Shown here: positions 10,356 through 18,928 of the stretch, piece after piece
Numbering within the stretch: the first letter of the stretch is position 1
Layout: every line of letters starts with the position of its first letter
Assembly (NCBI GenBank): GCA_028698215.1
Contig: JAQVDY010000005.1
Coordinates: forward strand, 8,108 to 72,107
Length of the DNA: 64,000 nucleotides
DNA from: Actinomycetota bacterium
GTDB lineage: Bacteria; Actinomycetota; Humimicrobiia; Humimicrobiales; Humimicrobiaceae
Reading direction: 5' to 3'
Notes under the pieces: model-generated
The model's input: only the letters and a program-made list of their open reading frames with translations
What the model was told of the DNA's origin: nothing
The model's database searches: none
Made by a program: the position numbers and the translations under genes

Positions 10356-12239
10356 TTATTTATTTTTAAATTCAGTAAGTTCCAATTCCAGTAACTTGTG
10401 ATCGGTGGGTTTTCCCCCAGTATCCCACCCTGCCAGTTGATAGTAAAGCTGTTTGGCCTCCATAAACTGTTTTTTATCCAGGTGCATCCCTTGGTTCGGG
10501 CCATTTTCAATAGGTTCAAATATCCTGTCTGGCAGAATATCTTCTCCAACCTCTTCCCGCAGGGCAAACAACTTATACATATTTATCCTTTTTTCTCCAA
10601 TCTTAACCAGCTCAAACAAAGAAGTTTCCCATCCAGTCACCGCATCTATTATATCTACCAGATACTGAAAATTAAAAAATCTAACTGGGGAAAAGGCAAA
10701 AATACAGCCGCATAGTGCATCCAGCATAGAAAAAGCCGGCTGCAGTAAAAAAAACATCCTCACTTTGTCTTGATTTAGTGAATCTGCTGGTAACCGGTCA
10801 TATACGGTAAGTGGCGCCACCTTGTCCATAAACATTTGGTTTGCCTGAAAATCAAAGTCAGTATCATGTTCAACCACAGTATAGTAAGGGCCAATGGGAG
10901 AGACAGCGTAGCCTAATCCCAGCATTTGTTTAATTCTGGGTTCATGGAATGGCATTTCCATACCCTTTATATGCATCGCAAATTTTTCTGAACCCTGGAT
11001 ATGGTAGGAGGCCAGCCTTACCCCCTCGGCCAGGGTATCACCAATGGATTTTCTCTCCATAATCATGGTGGCCATCTTTAACATGGCCTGGGAATCACCC
11101 CACCTTAAACAGGTCCCCATGGTATCATCAGGGCTGATTAGCCCGTTTTCATAGCATTCCACTGCATAGCCCAATATGTTTCCCAGGGAGGTTCCGTCTA
11201 CCCCATAGTCGCAAATCATATTCCATAGCTTTAAGGTGGCTTCCATATCATCTACCAATAAATTGTAAGAGGTGGCAGCCAGGCTTTCCAGCTCGATAAG
11301 GCCGAACTCAGGATTAAGGTTAATATCCTTTACAGAAGGCAGCCTTTTTTTACACCCTCCCTGGCAGTGGGAACAGTTATGGTTCTCAGGGGCATATTTA
11401 TCAGCAATAGTGAAGCCATCTATGGATTCCGCCTTATCAAAGTAGGAATAATGAAAATTTTTAGCTGAAAGCATTCCCTGGTCAGATAATAGCTTTAGAT
11501 ACCCTGCATTGCTGGCGGGTCCATGCTGGCTTTCATTTAAGGGGTTGGTTAAAAAATTTTGCTCAAAATATTTGGAAACCTGGCCTAGCTTTTCAGGATT
11601 ACTGACCTTGATAGGTTTCTGGCCGTATACGCATAATGCTTTTAAATTCTTAGAACCCATTACTGCTCCCACACCACACCTTGAACTTATAAAACAGTTG
11701 TCTGTAATTATGGAAGCAAAACGAACCAGTTTTTCCCCTGCTGGCCCAATTAAGGCTATGCTGTGGCGGTTCAAGTCTTCCTGTTGGGTTAGAATGTTAT
11801 AAGCTTCAGAAGTTTTAAGCCCCCAAATATGATTAGCCTCTAAAAATTTTACTTCACCGTCATTTATCACTATCATGCAGGGCTTTTCAGATTTACCTTT
11901 TATAATAATAGCATCAAAACCAGATTTTTTAATCATTTCACCCAGGTAACCGGGAGTAGTAGCTTCCCCTATCAGGTTAGTTAAAGGAGACTTGGTAATT
12001 ACATTGTGCATGGCAGTTCCCGCACAATCCACTCCTGTAATGGGGGAAGTGGAAAAAATAAGGATATTATCCGGGGATAAGGGATCAGTTTTGGGCTTTA
12101 AATTCTTAAGTAAAAAGTAAGCTGCCAAGCAGGCCCCACCAATATATCTGCGGTAAAATTTATCATCTAACTTTATTGATTCTACCTGCTTATCGGTTAA
12201 ATCTATTTGTAAAACTTTGCCATTGTAACCAAAAGACAT
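10356..12239 (-). CDS. Aldehyde:ferredoxin oxidoreductase family protein (tungsten/molybdopterin, [4Fe-4S])
   Basis: 627 aa. AOR N-terminal signature MSFGYNGKVLQIDLT plus the conserved tungstopterin-binding and Cys-cluster regions. The ATG lies 4 nt after the ABC ATPase stop. Confidence 0.85.
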   Translation of the reverse strand: MSFGYNGKVLQIDLTDKQVESIKLDDKFYRRYIGGACLAAYFLLKNLKPKTDPLSPDNILIFSTSPITGVDCAGTAMHNVITKSPLTNLIGEATTPGYLGEMIKKSGFDAIIIKGKSEKPCMIVINDGEVKFLEANHIWGLKTSEAYNILTQQEDLNRHSIALIGPAGEKLVRFASIITDNCFISSRCGVGAVMGSKNLKALCVYGQKPIKVSNPEKLGQVSKYFEQNFLTNPLNESQHGPASNAGYLKLLSDQGMLSAKNFHYSYFDKAESIDGFTIADKYAPENHNCSHCQGGCKKRLPSVKDINLNPEFGLIELESLAATSYNLLVDDMEATLKLWNMICDYGVDGTSLGNILGYAVECYENGLISPDDTMGTCLRWGDSQAMLKMATMIMERKSIGDTLAEGVRLASYHIQGSEKFAMHIKGMEMPFHEPRIKQMLGLGYAVSPIGPYYTVVEHDTDFDFQANQMFMDKVAPLTVYDRLPADSLNQDKVRMFFLLQPAFSMLDALCGCIFAFSPVRFFNFQYLVDIIDAVTGWETSLFELVKIGEKRINMYKLFALREEVGEDILPDRIFEPIENGPNQGMHLDKKQFMEAKQLYYQLAGWDTGGKPTDHKLLELELTEFKNK

Positions 12240-12243
12240 AATA

Positions 12244-13752
12244 TTAAATATAATAGCTTCCTATTTCTTTACTAACTATATTGTAGCTATCTGCATCCTT
12301 GTTCACGTTTTCAATTTCCCCTACGATTTTTTTGTCCCTGAATATATATATTCTATTAGCCAGCTTAATAATCTCCGGCATATCCGAAGATATTAATATG
12401 ATAGATTTTCCAGACTTATGGGCCAGGTTATATATAAGTTGGTGGATGTATTCCTTGGCCCCTACATCCACGCCTATGGTAGGTTCATCAAATATAATGA
12501 TATCGCAGTCCGCTACCAGCCATTTGGCGATACTGACTTTCTGCTGATTTCCACCACTTAGCTTTCCTGCTATTTGGTTGAGCCCGGTAGTACGGATATC
12601 TAGGTTATCCACCATATCTTGGGCATGCTTCCTTTCTTTGTTGCCGTCAATAAACCTCAATATTTTGCTGGCTATCCTAGGCCAGATGGTAATACTGATA
12701 TTGGTTTGCAAGGTACTGCCCAGCAGAAGGCCTTCTTCCTTTCTATTTTCAGTAACATAACCCATCCGGTACCTGTATAGGCTATCAGCTATGGACCGGG
12801 GATTGATTTTTTTGCCTTTTAAGAATACTTCCCCAGACTGCCTCCGGTCCTCTCCAATGACAAGCCTGGCTAACTCGGTTCTGCCAGCACCTACCAATCC
12901 ATAAAAACCTAAAACTTCACCCGGGTAAAGTTTAAAGCTAACATCTTCAGCCTTGTGCTCCTTATAGATATTTTTTGCTTCCAATAAGGCTTTTCCGTTA
13001 TCCAGGGATTCAAACTTGAATGATTCAATCTTTTCTTCCCTGCCTATCATCATCTTTACCAAATCCTGTTTATCTACTTCGCTGATGGGTCTGGTTCCAA
13101 TTTTTTTACCATCCCTTAGTACGGTAACCATATCGCATACCATAAACACTTCTTCCAGTTTATGGGTAACAAACAAAATGATTATGCCTTTTTCCCTTAG
13201 ACCTTTTAGTATTGAAAAAAGCTTTTCTGCCTCGCCTTCAGAAATTGAAGAGGTAGGTTCGTCCAGAAGTAAAATTTTGGATTTGGAAGCCAATGATTTG
13301 GCTATCTCCACCATCTGTTTCTGGGCAACACTAAGCTCGCCAATAGGTTTGGTAGGGGGAACTTCTAATCCTACCATATCTAGATATTTCTTAGCAGTTT
13401 GATTAATTTTTTTCCAGTTAAGTACACCGGTCTTACCGTAAGTTACCATTTTGTCCAGCATAATATTTTCAGCCACACTATATCTGGGCAAAACCTGTAG
13501 CTCCTGGTTAACCACACTGATTTCTTTTTTCAAAGCATCTATGTAGTTTTCCACTACCAGTTCGTTAGAATTAAGATACATCTTACCGCTATCAGGCATG
13601 TGCACACCACAAATTACTTTAATTAAAGTGGATTTGCCTGCACCATTCTCCCCTAAAAGAGCATGTATCTGGCCCTGTCCAAATTCAACCGACACATCAT
13701 CTAACGCCTTTACTCCCGGAAAAGACTTACTTATGTTTTCTAACCTTAACAC
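12244..13752 (-). CDS. Sugar ABC transporter ATP-binding protein (RbsA/MglA-type, duplicated ATPase)
   Basis: 502 aa with two NBDs. Walker A GENGAGKST, LSGGNQQK signature, second NBD GLVGAGRTEL. GTG start with SD GGGGGA 8 nt upstream. Confidence 0.9.
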   Translation of the reverse strand: MLRLENISKSFPGVKALDDVSVEFGQGQIHALLGENGAGKSTLIKVICGVHMPDSGKMYLNSNELVVENYIDALKKEISVVNQELQVLPRYSVAENIMLDKMVTYGKTGVLNWKKINQTAKKYLDMVGLEVPPTKPIGELSVAQKQMVEIAKSLASKSKILLLDEPTSSISEGEAEKLFSILKGLREKGIIILFVTHKLEEVFMVCDMVTVLRDGKKIGTRPISEVDKQDLVKMMIGREEKIESFKFESLDNGKALLEAKNIYKEHKAEDVSFKLYPGEVLGFYGLVGAGRTELARLVIGEDRRQSGEVFLKGKKINPRSIADSLYRYRMGYVTENRKEEGLLLGSTLQTNISITIWPRIASKILRFIDGNKERKHAQDMVDNLDIRTTGLNQIAGKLSGGNQQKVSIAKWLVADCDIIIFDEPTIGVDVGAKEYIHQLIYNLAHKSGKSIILISSDMPEIIKLANRIYIFRDKKIVGEIENVNKDADSYNIVSKEIGSYYI

Positions 13753-13782
13753 CTTTTAGTTCCCCCTACCCTTCATATAATT

Positions 13783-14913
13783 TTATTTAAAATACTCTGT
13801 TTTGGCGCTTTCAGCTAAATCAAAAGCAGCCTGCCAAAGCTCATCCATGAAAGTATCAATATTATCCTGGGTAATAACTACACCAAAAGTATCGATAAAT
13901 GTATGGTCAGCCTTGGGCTCCAATCCATCTATCAGGTATTCCAGCAATAAAGGAGTAACATAACCCTGGCAGTATGGATTCTGGCCAAAGGTACCGGTAA
14001 TATAACCCTGCTCAACAGCCTTAAGTACAGCAGGATCATCATCAATACCAACAAAGGCTATACTGTCATTTTCCATTTCAGTAAGTATCTGAGCAACAGC
14101 TACAGTAGGATTGTATCCGGTGGTAACTATACCATTAATAGAATCTCCGCCAGCAGCTAATGCATTACTTACCTTTTCTATACATTCTTCCAGTTCATTC
14201 ATGTCACCTATGGTTTGCACTATTTCTACATCTGGATATTTGGCAGCAACTTCCTCCACGCCTTCTTTTCTGAGAATGGTGTTTGGATCGGTTACTACTT
14301 CCAGGACATTCAGTATTCCGCCTTTATAATCCATAGCTTCACATACTCTTTCAGCAGCTTCCATGGCAGCAGCCTTAACATCGGTAGCCACGGTAAAAGA
14401 TGCAGGAGTAGGCTCTTGGGTCTGAGCACCATAATTACATACCGGAACGCCTTGATCTACTACCTCTTGATATAAAGCATTAGCTCCAGCTGCATCCAGC
14501 GGGAAAACCATAAGTCCATTATAGCCCTGGGCTATTAATGCTTCTACCTGCTCATTTTCAGTAGGCTGGGTCCAGTCTGTACCTATTTGGGAATAAACTT
14601 CTACCCCGAAATCCTCAGCATGTTTAGCCAGGCCCTTTTTTACGGACTCATAGTATGGGTGAACTGCCGGCCAATAAGAACCCAACTTGTATTTGCTGGT
14701 ATCTACTGCTTCTTCAGCAGCCTCTTCAGCTTCTTCCACTACCGCTTCAGCAGCCTCTTCAGTTTCTTCCACTACCGCTTCAGCAGCCTCTTGAACTTCC
14801 TGGGCTGCTTGCTCTACTGTCTCTGCAGCGCCGGCGCAACCGCTAAGCGGAAGAGCCACTGCTAGTGACAATACCAGCAGGACCATTATAATTTTTGATA
14901 AATGCCTCTTCAT
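13783..14913 (-). CDS. Sugar-binding lipoprotein (ABC periplasmic binding protein, RbsB/PBP1 fold) with an acidic repeat linker
   Basis: Signal peptide with lipobox LSGC-AG. An Ala/Glu-rich linker (EAAEAVVEE x3) is followed by a periplasmic-binding-protein type I fold. SD AGGTGA. Confidence 0.8.
   Translation of the reverse strand: MKRHLSKIIMVLLVLSLAVALPLSGCAGAAETVEQAAQEVQEAAEAVVEETEEAAEAVVEEAEEAAEEAVDTSKYKLGSYWPAVHPYYESVKKGLAKHAEDFGVEVYSQIGTDWTQPTENEQVEALIAQGYNGLMVFPLDAAGANALYQEVVDQGVPVCNYGAQTQEPTPASFTVATDVKAAAMEAAERVCEAMDYKGGILNVLEVVTDPNTILRKEGVEEVAAKYPDVEIVQTIGDMNELEECIEKVSNALAAGGDSINGIVTTGYNPTVAVAQILTEMENDSIAFVGIDDDPAVLKAVEQGYITGTFGQNPYCQGYVTPLLLEYLIDGLEPKADHTFIDTFGVVITQDNIDTFMDELWQAAFDLAESAKTEYFK
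14712..14800. repeat. 33-bp in-frame tandem repeat (about 2.7 copies) encoding the AVVEEAEEAAE linker
   Basis: CTTCAGCAGCCTCTTCAG(C/T)TTCTTCCACTACCG occurs at 14712-14744 and 14745-14777, with a partial copy at 14778-14800. Confidence 0.85.
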
Positions 14914-14995
14914 TTACTATCACCTTTCTTTATGGTTTTATTGATAATACAGTTCTAATTTATTGCCACTACATAACCCCTCACCTCCATTTTTT

Positions 14996-15964
14996 TTATT
15001 CTATCAACCTTCTTTGATTGTATATATTTCTAACTCTGTCAATGGCTACTGCCAGCAGAATCAATAGTCCCAGGTATGCCTGTTCCCAATAAACATTGGT
15101 CTGCAGTATAATAAGACCGTTTTTAATCATTACCATAATAGCCCCACCTAAAAGAAGCCCGAATGCGGTAATAGAACCACCACTAAGAGCAGTACCTCCC
15201 AGAATAGCTACGGCAAAAGATATGATCAACCAGTCTTGTCCGGTAACCGGAGGTGCTGTACCCATTCTGGATATATAAAGTACTGCAGCCAGGGCGGCAA
15301 CAAAACCCGATAGTATATGGCTGAGTAATTTTATTTTGTCTGTATTTATACCTGAAAACTTGGAAGCTTCCAGGTTTTCTCCTACGGCCAGTATCCTTCT
15401 ACCTACTAAAGTATATTTAAAAAAGAGAAACATGATTATAAGGGCAAAAAGAGTGAAGATAAAAATATAGGGAATCCCAAACACTTTGCCTTTCCCCAAT
15501 ATGGTAAAAGTTAAGGGGATATTTACAAAAGAAAAACCTTGGGTAAAACCAAAATTTATACCAGTAAAGATAAATGAAGTAGCCAGGGTAACAATGAAAG
15601 CGTTTATGCCAAACTTGGCAGTAATAACCCCGTTTATGGCTCCGCAGGCTATACCTACCACTAATGCGGCAATAGTAGCTACTGCTCCATGTATTCCATG
15701 GATATCCATCAGGTATCCTGCAGTAATGGTAGCCAGACCGCCTATAGCACCCACTGATAGGTTCATGTCACCCACTACCAAGACCAATCCTTGAGCCAGC
15801 CCTATAAATACATATAAAGACAGCGTTCGGCCGGTAGTATACATGTTAAAAGGTGTCAGAAAACTGTCAGAAAAAATTGAAAGTATGGCAAATAATATCA
15901 TGGTTGCTATAAACAACCCAAAGTTTCCGCTGGTCAATATGTCTCTTATGTAGTTTTTTTTCAA
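14996..15964 (-). CDS. Sugar ABC transporter permease (RbsC/BPD-TM family)
   Basis: 322 aa, about 10 TM segments typical of RbsC. TTG start with SD GGGGAG 7 nt upstream. Confidence 0.85.
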   Translation of the reverse strand: MKKNYIRDILTSGNFGLFIATMILFAILSIFSDSFLTPFNMYTTGRTLSLYVFIGLAQGLVLVVGDMNLSVGAIGGLATITAGYLMDIHGIHGAVATIAALVVGIACGAINGVITAKFGINAFIVTLATSFIFTGINFGFTQGFSFVNIPLTFTILGKGKVFGIPYIFIFTLFALIIMFLFFKYTLVGRRILAVGENLEASKFSGINTDKIKLLSHILSGFVAALAAVLYISRMGTAPPVTGQDWLIISFAVAILGGTALSGGSITAFGLLLGGAIMVMIKNGLIILQTNVYWEQAYLGLLILLAVAIDRVRNIYNQRRLIE

Positions 15965-16016
15965 TTTCTTACTCCCCTTTGTTTGTTAAAGGATTTATTA
16001 AAAACTATATTGTTTT

Positions 16017-16760
16017 TCAGCTGCTTAATATTTCATCCTGTTTTTGGGAACTTTGTATCTGGCTATAGTTATTTTTTACAAATTCCAGGTGCTCTCTGAT
16101 ACTGGTTACTGCTTCATATTGTTTTTTATTTTTTATATTATTAAAAATAGTTCTGTGATCCTGCAAAGTGTTTTGCATTACCCCTGGTATTTCAGTAGTT
16201 TTAATAAGTATTTCAGTCATACAATATTTCAGGAGAGGAAAAATGATATCAAAATATTTTTTAATTACCTGGTTATGGGATGCTTCTGACAGCTTCTGGT
16301 GAAATTCATAATCCAGCCTTACGAACTCTTCGCTATTTTGCTTCCTAATATAGAAATCAGTAAGTTCCAGGTTTTCTTCCATTCCCTTTAAATCACTCTC
16401 ATTAGCGTGGTCAATGGCTGCCTGCACAGCAATTGACTCAAATAATTCCCTGAATTCCAAGAGGTCGGGCACTATCTTTTCATCCGGTTTAAAGGTGATA
16501 CGGGCCGGGTTAAAAAAAGAATTAATGGAAAAATCCTTGATATATGCCCCTACTCCAGGTTTGATTTCAATTACATCTACCAGCTCCAGTGCCTGAAGGG
16601 CTTCCCTTACGCTTCCCCTGCCGGTTTGATAGATGCGGCAGAGCTCATTTTGAGAAGGTAGAAGCTGGCCTGAGTTTAATTTACCTTGCCCAATATCTTC
16701 CAAAATCCGGTCAATAATAATTCTAGGAGCTTTCTTTTTTACACTCATCATACCTGTCAT
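16017..16760 (-). CDS. GntR-family transcriptional regulator (FadR/FCD subfamily)
   Basis: N-terminal GntR wHTH (LPSQNELCRIYQTGRGSVREALQALE) plus a C-terminal all-helical FCD-like domain. It sits 52 bp upstream of the permease and is co-oriented, so it is likely the first gene of the operon. Confidence 0.8.
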   Translation of the reverse strand: MTGMMSVKKKAPRIIIDRILEDIGQGKLNSGQLLPSQNELCRIYQTGRGSVREALQALELVDVIEIKPGVGAYIKDFSINSFFNPARITFKPDEKIVPDLLEFRELFESIAVQAAIDHANESDLKGMEENLELTDFYIRKQNSEEFVRLDYEFHQKLSEASHNQVIKKYFDIIFPLLKYCMTEILIKTTEIPGVMQNTLQDHRTIFNNIKNKKQYEAVTSIREHLEFVKNNYSQIQSSQKQDEILSS

Positions 16761-16848
16761 ACAAGTGTTATTGTTTTTAAATATTAGGCAACATTTAAAT
16801 AAAAGTCAATATAAAACTGCTAAAAAAAGAAATTAAAACAATTATTAT

Positions 16849-16888
16849 TGTTAACGTTTACATTATTAAAAAACAATTAATTTGTCAA
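16849..16888 (-). promoter_or_regulatory. Operon promoter (minus strand TTGACA-17-TAATGT) overlapped by a cre/LacI-type operator TGTTAACGTTTACA
   Basis: -35 is the reverse complement of 16883-16888 and -10 the reverse complement of 16860-16865. The 14-bp palindrome-like operator at 16849-16862 fits WTGNAANCGNWNNCW with one mismatch and overlaps -10/+1. Confidence 0.55.
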
Positions 16889-16897
16889 GTTTTTTCG

Positions 16898-17908
16898 CTA
16901 AGAAGTAGAGCTCCTGATTACAAGGTGTGTTCCCAGCCTGATAATTAAAGGCGGCTCATTTCTGTAATTTGATGGTTTGTTAATTTTTTTTATGATAAGC
17001 TCGGCTGCAGTATTGCCCATACTGTACACCGGTTGATTTATGGTGGTGATGGGAGGATCGGTTATCTGGGTCCAGTCCGGGTTGTCAAAACTTAATATGC
17101 CAATATCCCGGGGAATGTGCAAACCTTTGTTTTTTATGGCCAAAACCGCTCCTAGTGCCATATCCAGGTTAGTAACAAATATAACTTCCGGTCTTGGGTC
17201 GGCCTCCACTAGTTCGGTTGCTAAATTTATTCCACTTCTTTTTTTAAAATTACCAGTTTTTATTAAACCAGGGTCAATATTTATGTTTGCCTCAGTCAAA
17301 GCCCGCTTATAGCCCTCCAGCCGCTCTGCCCCCGTAGTCCGGTCAGGAAAACCATTAATAATAGCAATTCTTTTATATCCCCTGCTGATAAGGTATTTTA
17401 TTGCTTCATATGAGCCTTTTTCATTATCTACCAGGACTGCATCATTTTCCAATCCGGGTACTAGTCTGTCTACCAGTACTATCTGCATCCCTGATTTTTT
17501 TAAAAAATCAATATAGCTGGCATTCTTTCCGGTAGGAGTCAATATTATGCCGTCAACCCGGTTGGCTTTTAAAATCCTTAAATACTTTAGTTCTTTTTGG
17601 GGATTATCATCCCCATTGCATAAAATAAGGCTGTAACCCTCCTCTATGGCCACATCCTCTACTGCTTTAGCTAAAGTTGAATAAAATTGTGACAGCACAT
17701 TTCCTACAATAATACCCAGGGTATTGGTCTTTTCTCTTCTAAGGCTGCTGGCCACTGCGTTTATTTCATAATTGAATTGGGAGGCCACCTTCAGGACTTT
17801 TTTTTTGGTTTCCTCTTTTACTCCAGGATAATTGTGCATTACCCTGGACACCGTAGCGGTGGAAACACCTGCTTTACTGGCTATGGTTTTTATATTAATT
17901 TTTTTCAT
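16898..17908 (-). CDS. LacI-family transcriptional regulator
   Basis: Start placed at MKKINIKTIASKAGVSTATVSRVM (LacI HTH). A periplasmic-binding-protein-like effector domain follows. The longer tool ORF reads through the upstream operator. Confidence 0.85.
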   Translation of the reverse strand: MKKINIKTIASKAGVSTATVSRVMHNYPGVKEETKKKVLKVASQFNYEINAVASSLRREKTNTLGIIVGNVLSQFYSTLAKAVEDVAIEEGYSLILCNGDDNPQKELKYLRILKANRVDGIILTPTGKNASYIDFLKKSGMQIVLVDRLVPGLENDAVLVDNEKGSYEAIKYLISRGYKRIAIINGFPDRTTGAERLEGYKRALTEANINIDPGLIKTGNFKKRSGINLATELVEADPRPEVIFVTNLDMALGAVLAIKNKGLHIPRDIGILSFDNPDWTQITDPPITTINQPVYSMGNTAAELIIKKINKPSNYRNEPPLIIRLGTHLVIRSSTS

Positions 17909-17919
17909 GGCTTTATTTA

Positions 17920-17933
17920 TGTTAACGTTTACA
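17920..17933 (-). promoter_or_regulatory. Second copy of the operator TGTTAACGTTTACA, just upstream of the LacI start
   Basis: The 15-mer TGTTAACGTTTACAT is identical to 16849-16863. It lies 12 nt upstream of the LacI ATG, a geometry consistent with autoregulation. Confidence 0.5.
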
Positions 17934-17965
17934 TAATAAGCTAAAAAAAACATAAAATCAATAAG

Positions 17966-18523
17966 CTATGTCGATTTCTTAACTTCAGCCGGATTCCCGA
18001 AAGCCAAGCAGTTGGGGGGTATGGATTTTAACACCAGGGAATGGGCCCCAATAGTAGTATTTTCCCCTATTTTTACAGGTCCCAGTGCAGTTACACCGGT
18101 ATACAGGATAACATTATTTTCAACTACCGGATAACCTGGTTGGCCATGGTGGAACATGGAATGCCCCAAGCCTCCCAGCACCACATTGGAAAAAATACTG
18201 ACATTGTCTCCCAGCTTTACTCCCCTGCCTATGACCACTCCAGAAGAATGCCATATCCTGCACCCTGAACCAATTTCTGCCCCAGGGTCAATTTCCGCTC
18301 CGGTAAACCAGAAATTAATACGGCAGCATATTTCTGCCAACAGAGCCAGCCTTATCTTATAGAGACGGTGGTAAAATCTATAAAAAACTAAAGCTTGAAC
18401 CCCCGGCTTAACCAGTATGATCCTAACCGCCCCCCAAAAGGAAGGCCTGCCCTTTAAAGTTCCATATTTACTAAAAAGGCGCCTTACATCTCCTACCAGG
18501 CTGCCCTGTTTAGTGTTTGCCAT
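17966..18523 (-). CDS. Serine O-acetyltransferase-like hexapeptide-repeat acyltransferase (short CysE type)
   Basis: YRFYHRLYKIR...GAEIDPGAEIGSGCRIWHSSGVVIG...GDNVSIFSNVVLGG matches the CysE left-handed beta-helix core. The gene is not next to any cys genes. Confidence 0.65.
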   Translation of the reverse strand: MANTKQGSLVGDVRRLFSKYGTLKGRPSFWGAVRIILVKPGVQALVFYRFYHRLYKIRLALLAEICCRINFWFTGAEIDPGAEIGSGCRIWHSSGVVIGRGVKLGDNVSIFSNVVLGGLGHSMFHHGQPGYPVVENNVILYTGVTALGPVKIGENTTIGAHSLVLKSIPPNCLAFGNPAEVKKST

Positions 18524-18535
18524 ATCGATTATTGA

Positions 18536-18928
18536 TTATTTGTTTAGATATTTAAATACCAGACTGTGAAAATCCCGTTTATAGAAAAGTTTTATATTGA
18601 TATGGGGATAAAGCTCCTTAATTCTTTTAATCTTCCGGTTTTTTTTGGTAACCAGCTTCTGGTTCATGGTAGTAAGCTCTATGAACAAGTCATAATCACT
18701 TAAATAGAAATCAGGAGTAAAGCTCTCCAATACATTTCCTTGGCTATCCCAGCTCAGAGGGAAAGTTTTGGGCTCATACTCCCATTTTATTCTGTAATAA
18801 TCCAATATTTTGGCAAATTCCTTTTCACTTTCATGGGCAAACTTTATTTTTTCAGCATTAATAAAAAGTGAATCGGGTTTATTGGCTTTATTAATATTGT
18901 CTATTACTTCTGGTTTATTTCCCTTCAT
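18536..18928 (-). CDS. Hypothetical protein, possible PD-(D/E)xK nuclease fold
   Basis: 130 aa. HESEKEF ... TPDFYL ... DLFIELT..K resembles an E / PD / ExK arrangement. The start overlaps the upstream stop (TAATG). Confidence 0.35.
   Translation of the reverse strand: MKGNKPEVIDNINKANKPDSLFINAEKIKFAHESEKEFAKILDYYRIKWEYEPKTFPLSWDSQGNVLESFTPDFYLSDYDLFIELTTMNQKLVTKKNRKIKRIKELYPHINIKLFYKRDFHSLVFKYLNK

Noticed and set aside
9182-10567. Long N-terminal extension (MPCGKRLEK...) of URO-D paralog 1 overlapping the AOR 3' end by 212 nt
   Set aside because: The extension lies in an alternative frame of the conserved AOR C-terminus and has no homology to the paralog. The homologous N-terminus begins after the AOR stop, so the CDS was trimmed to the TTG at 10345.
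14587-14865. Two plus-strand ORFs with QQPLQ/FSSLFSFF repeats
   Set aside because: They are reverse-frame translations of the 33-bp tandem repeat inside the SBP gene and are artefacts.
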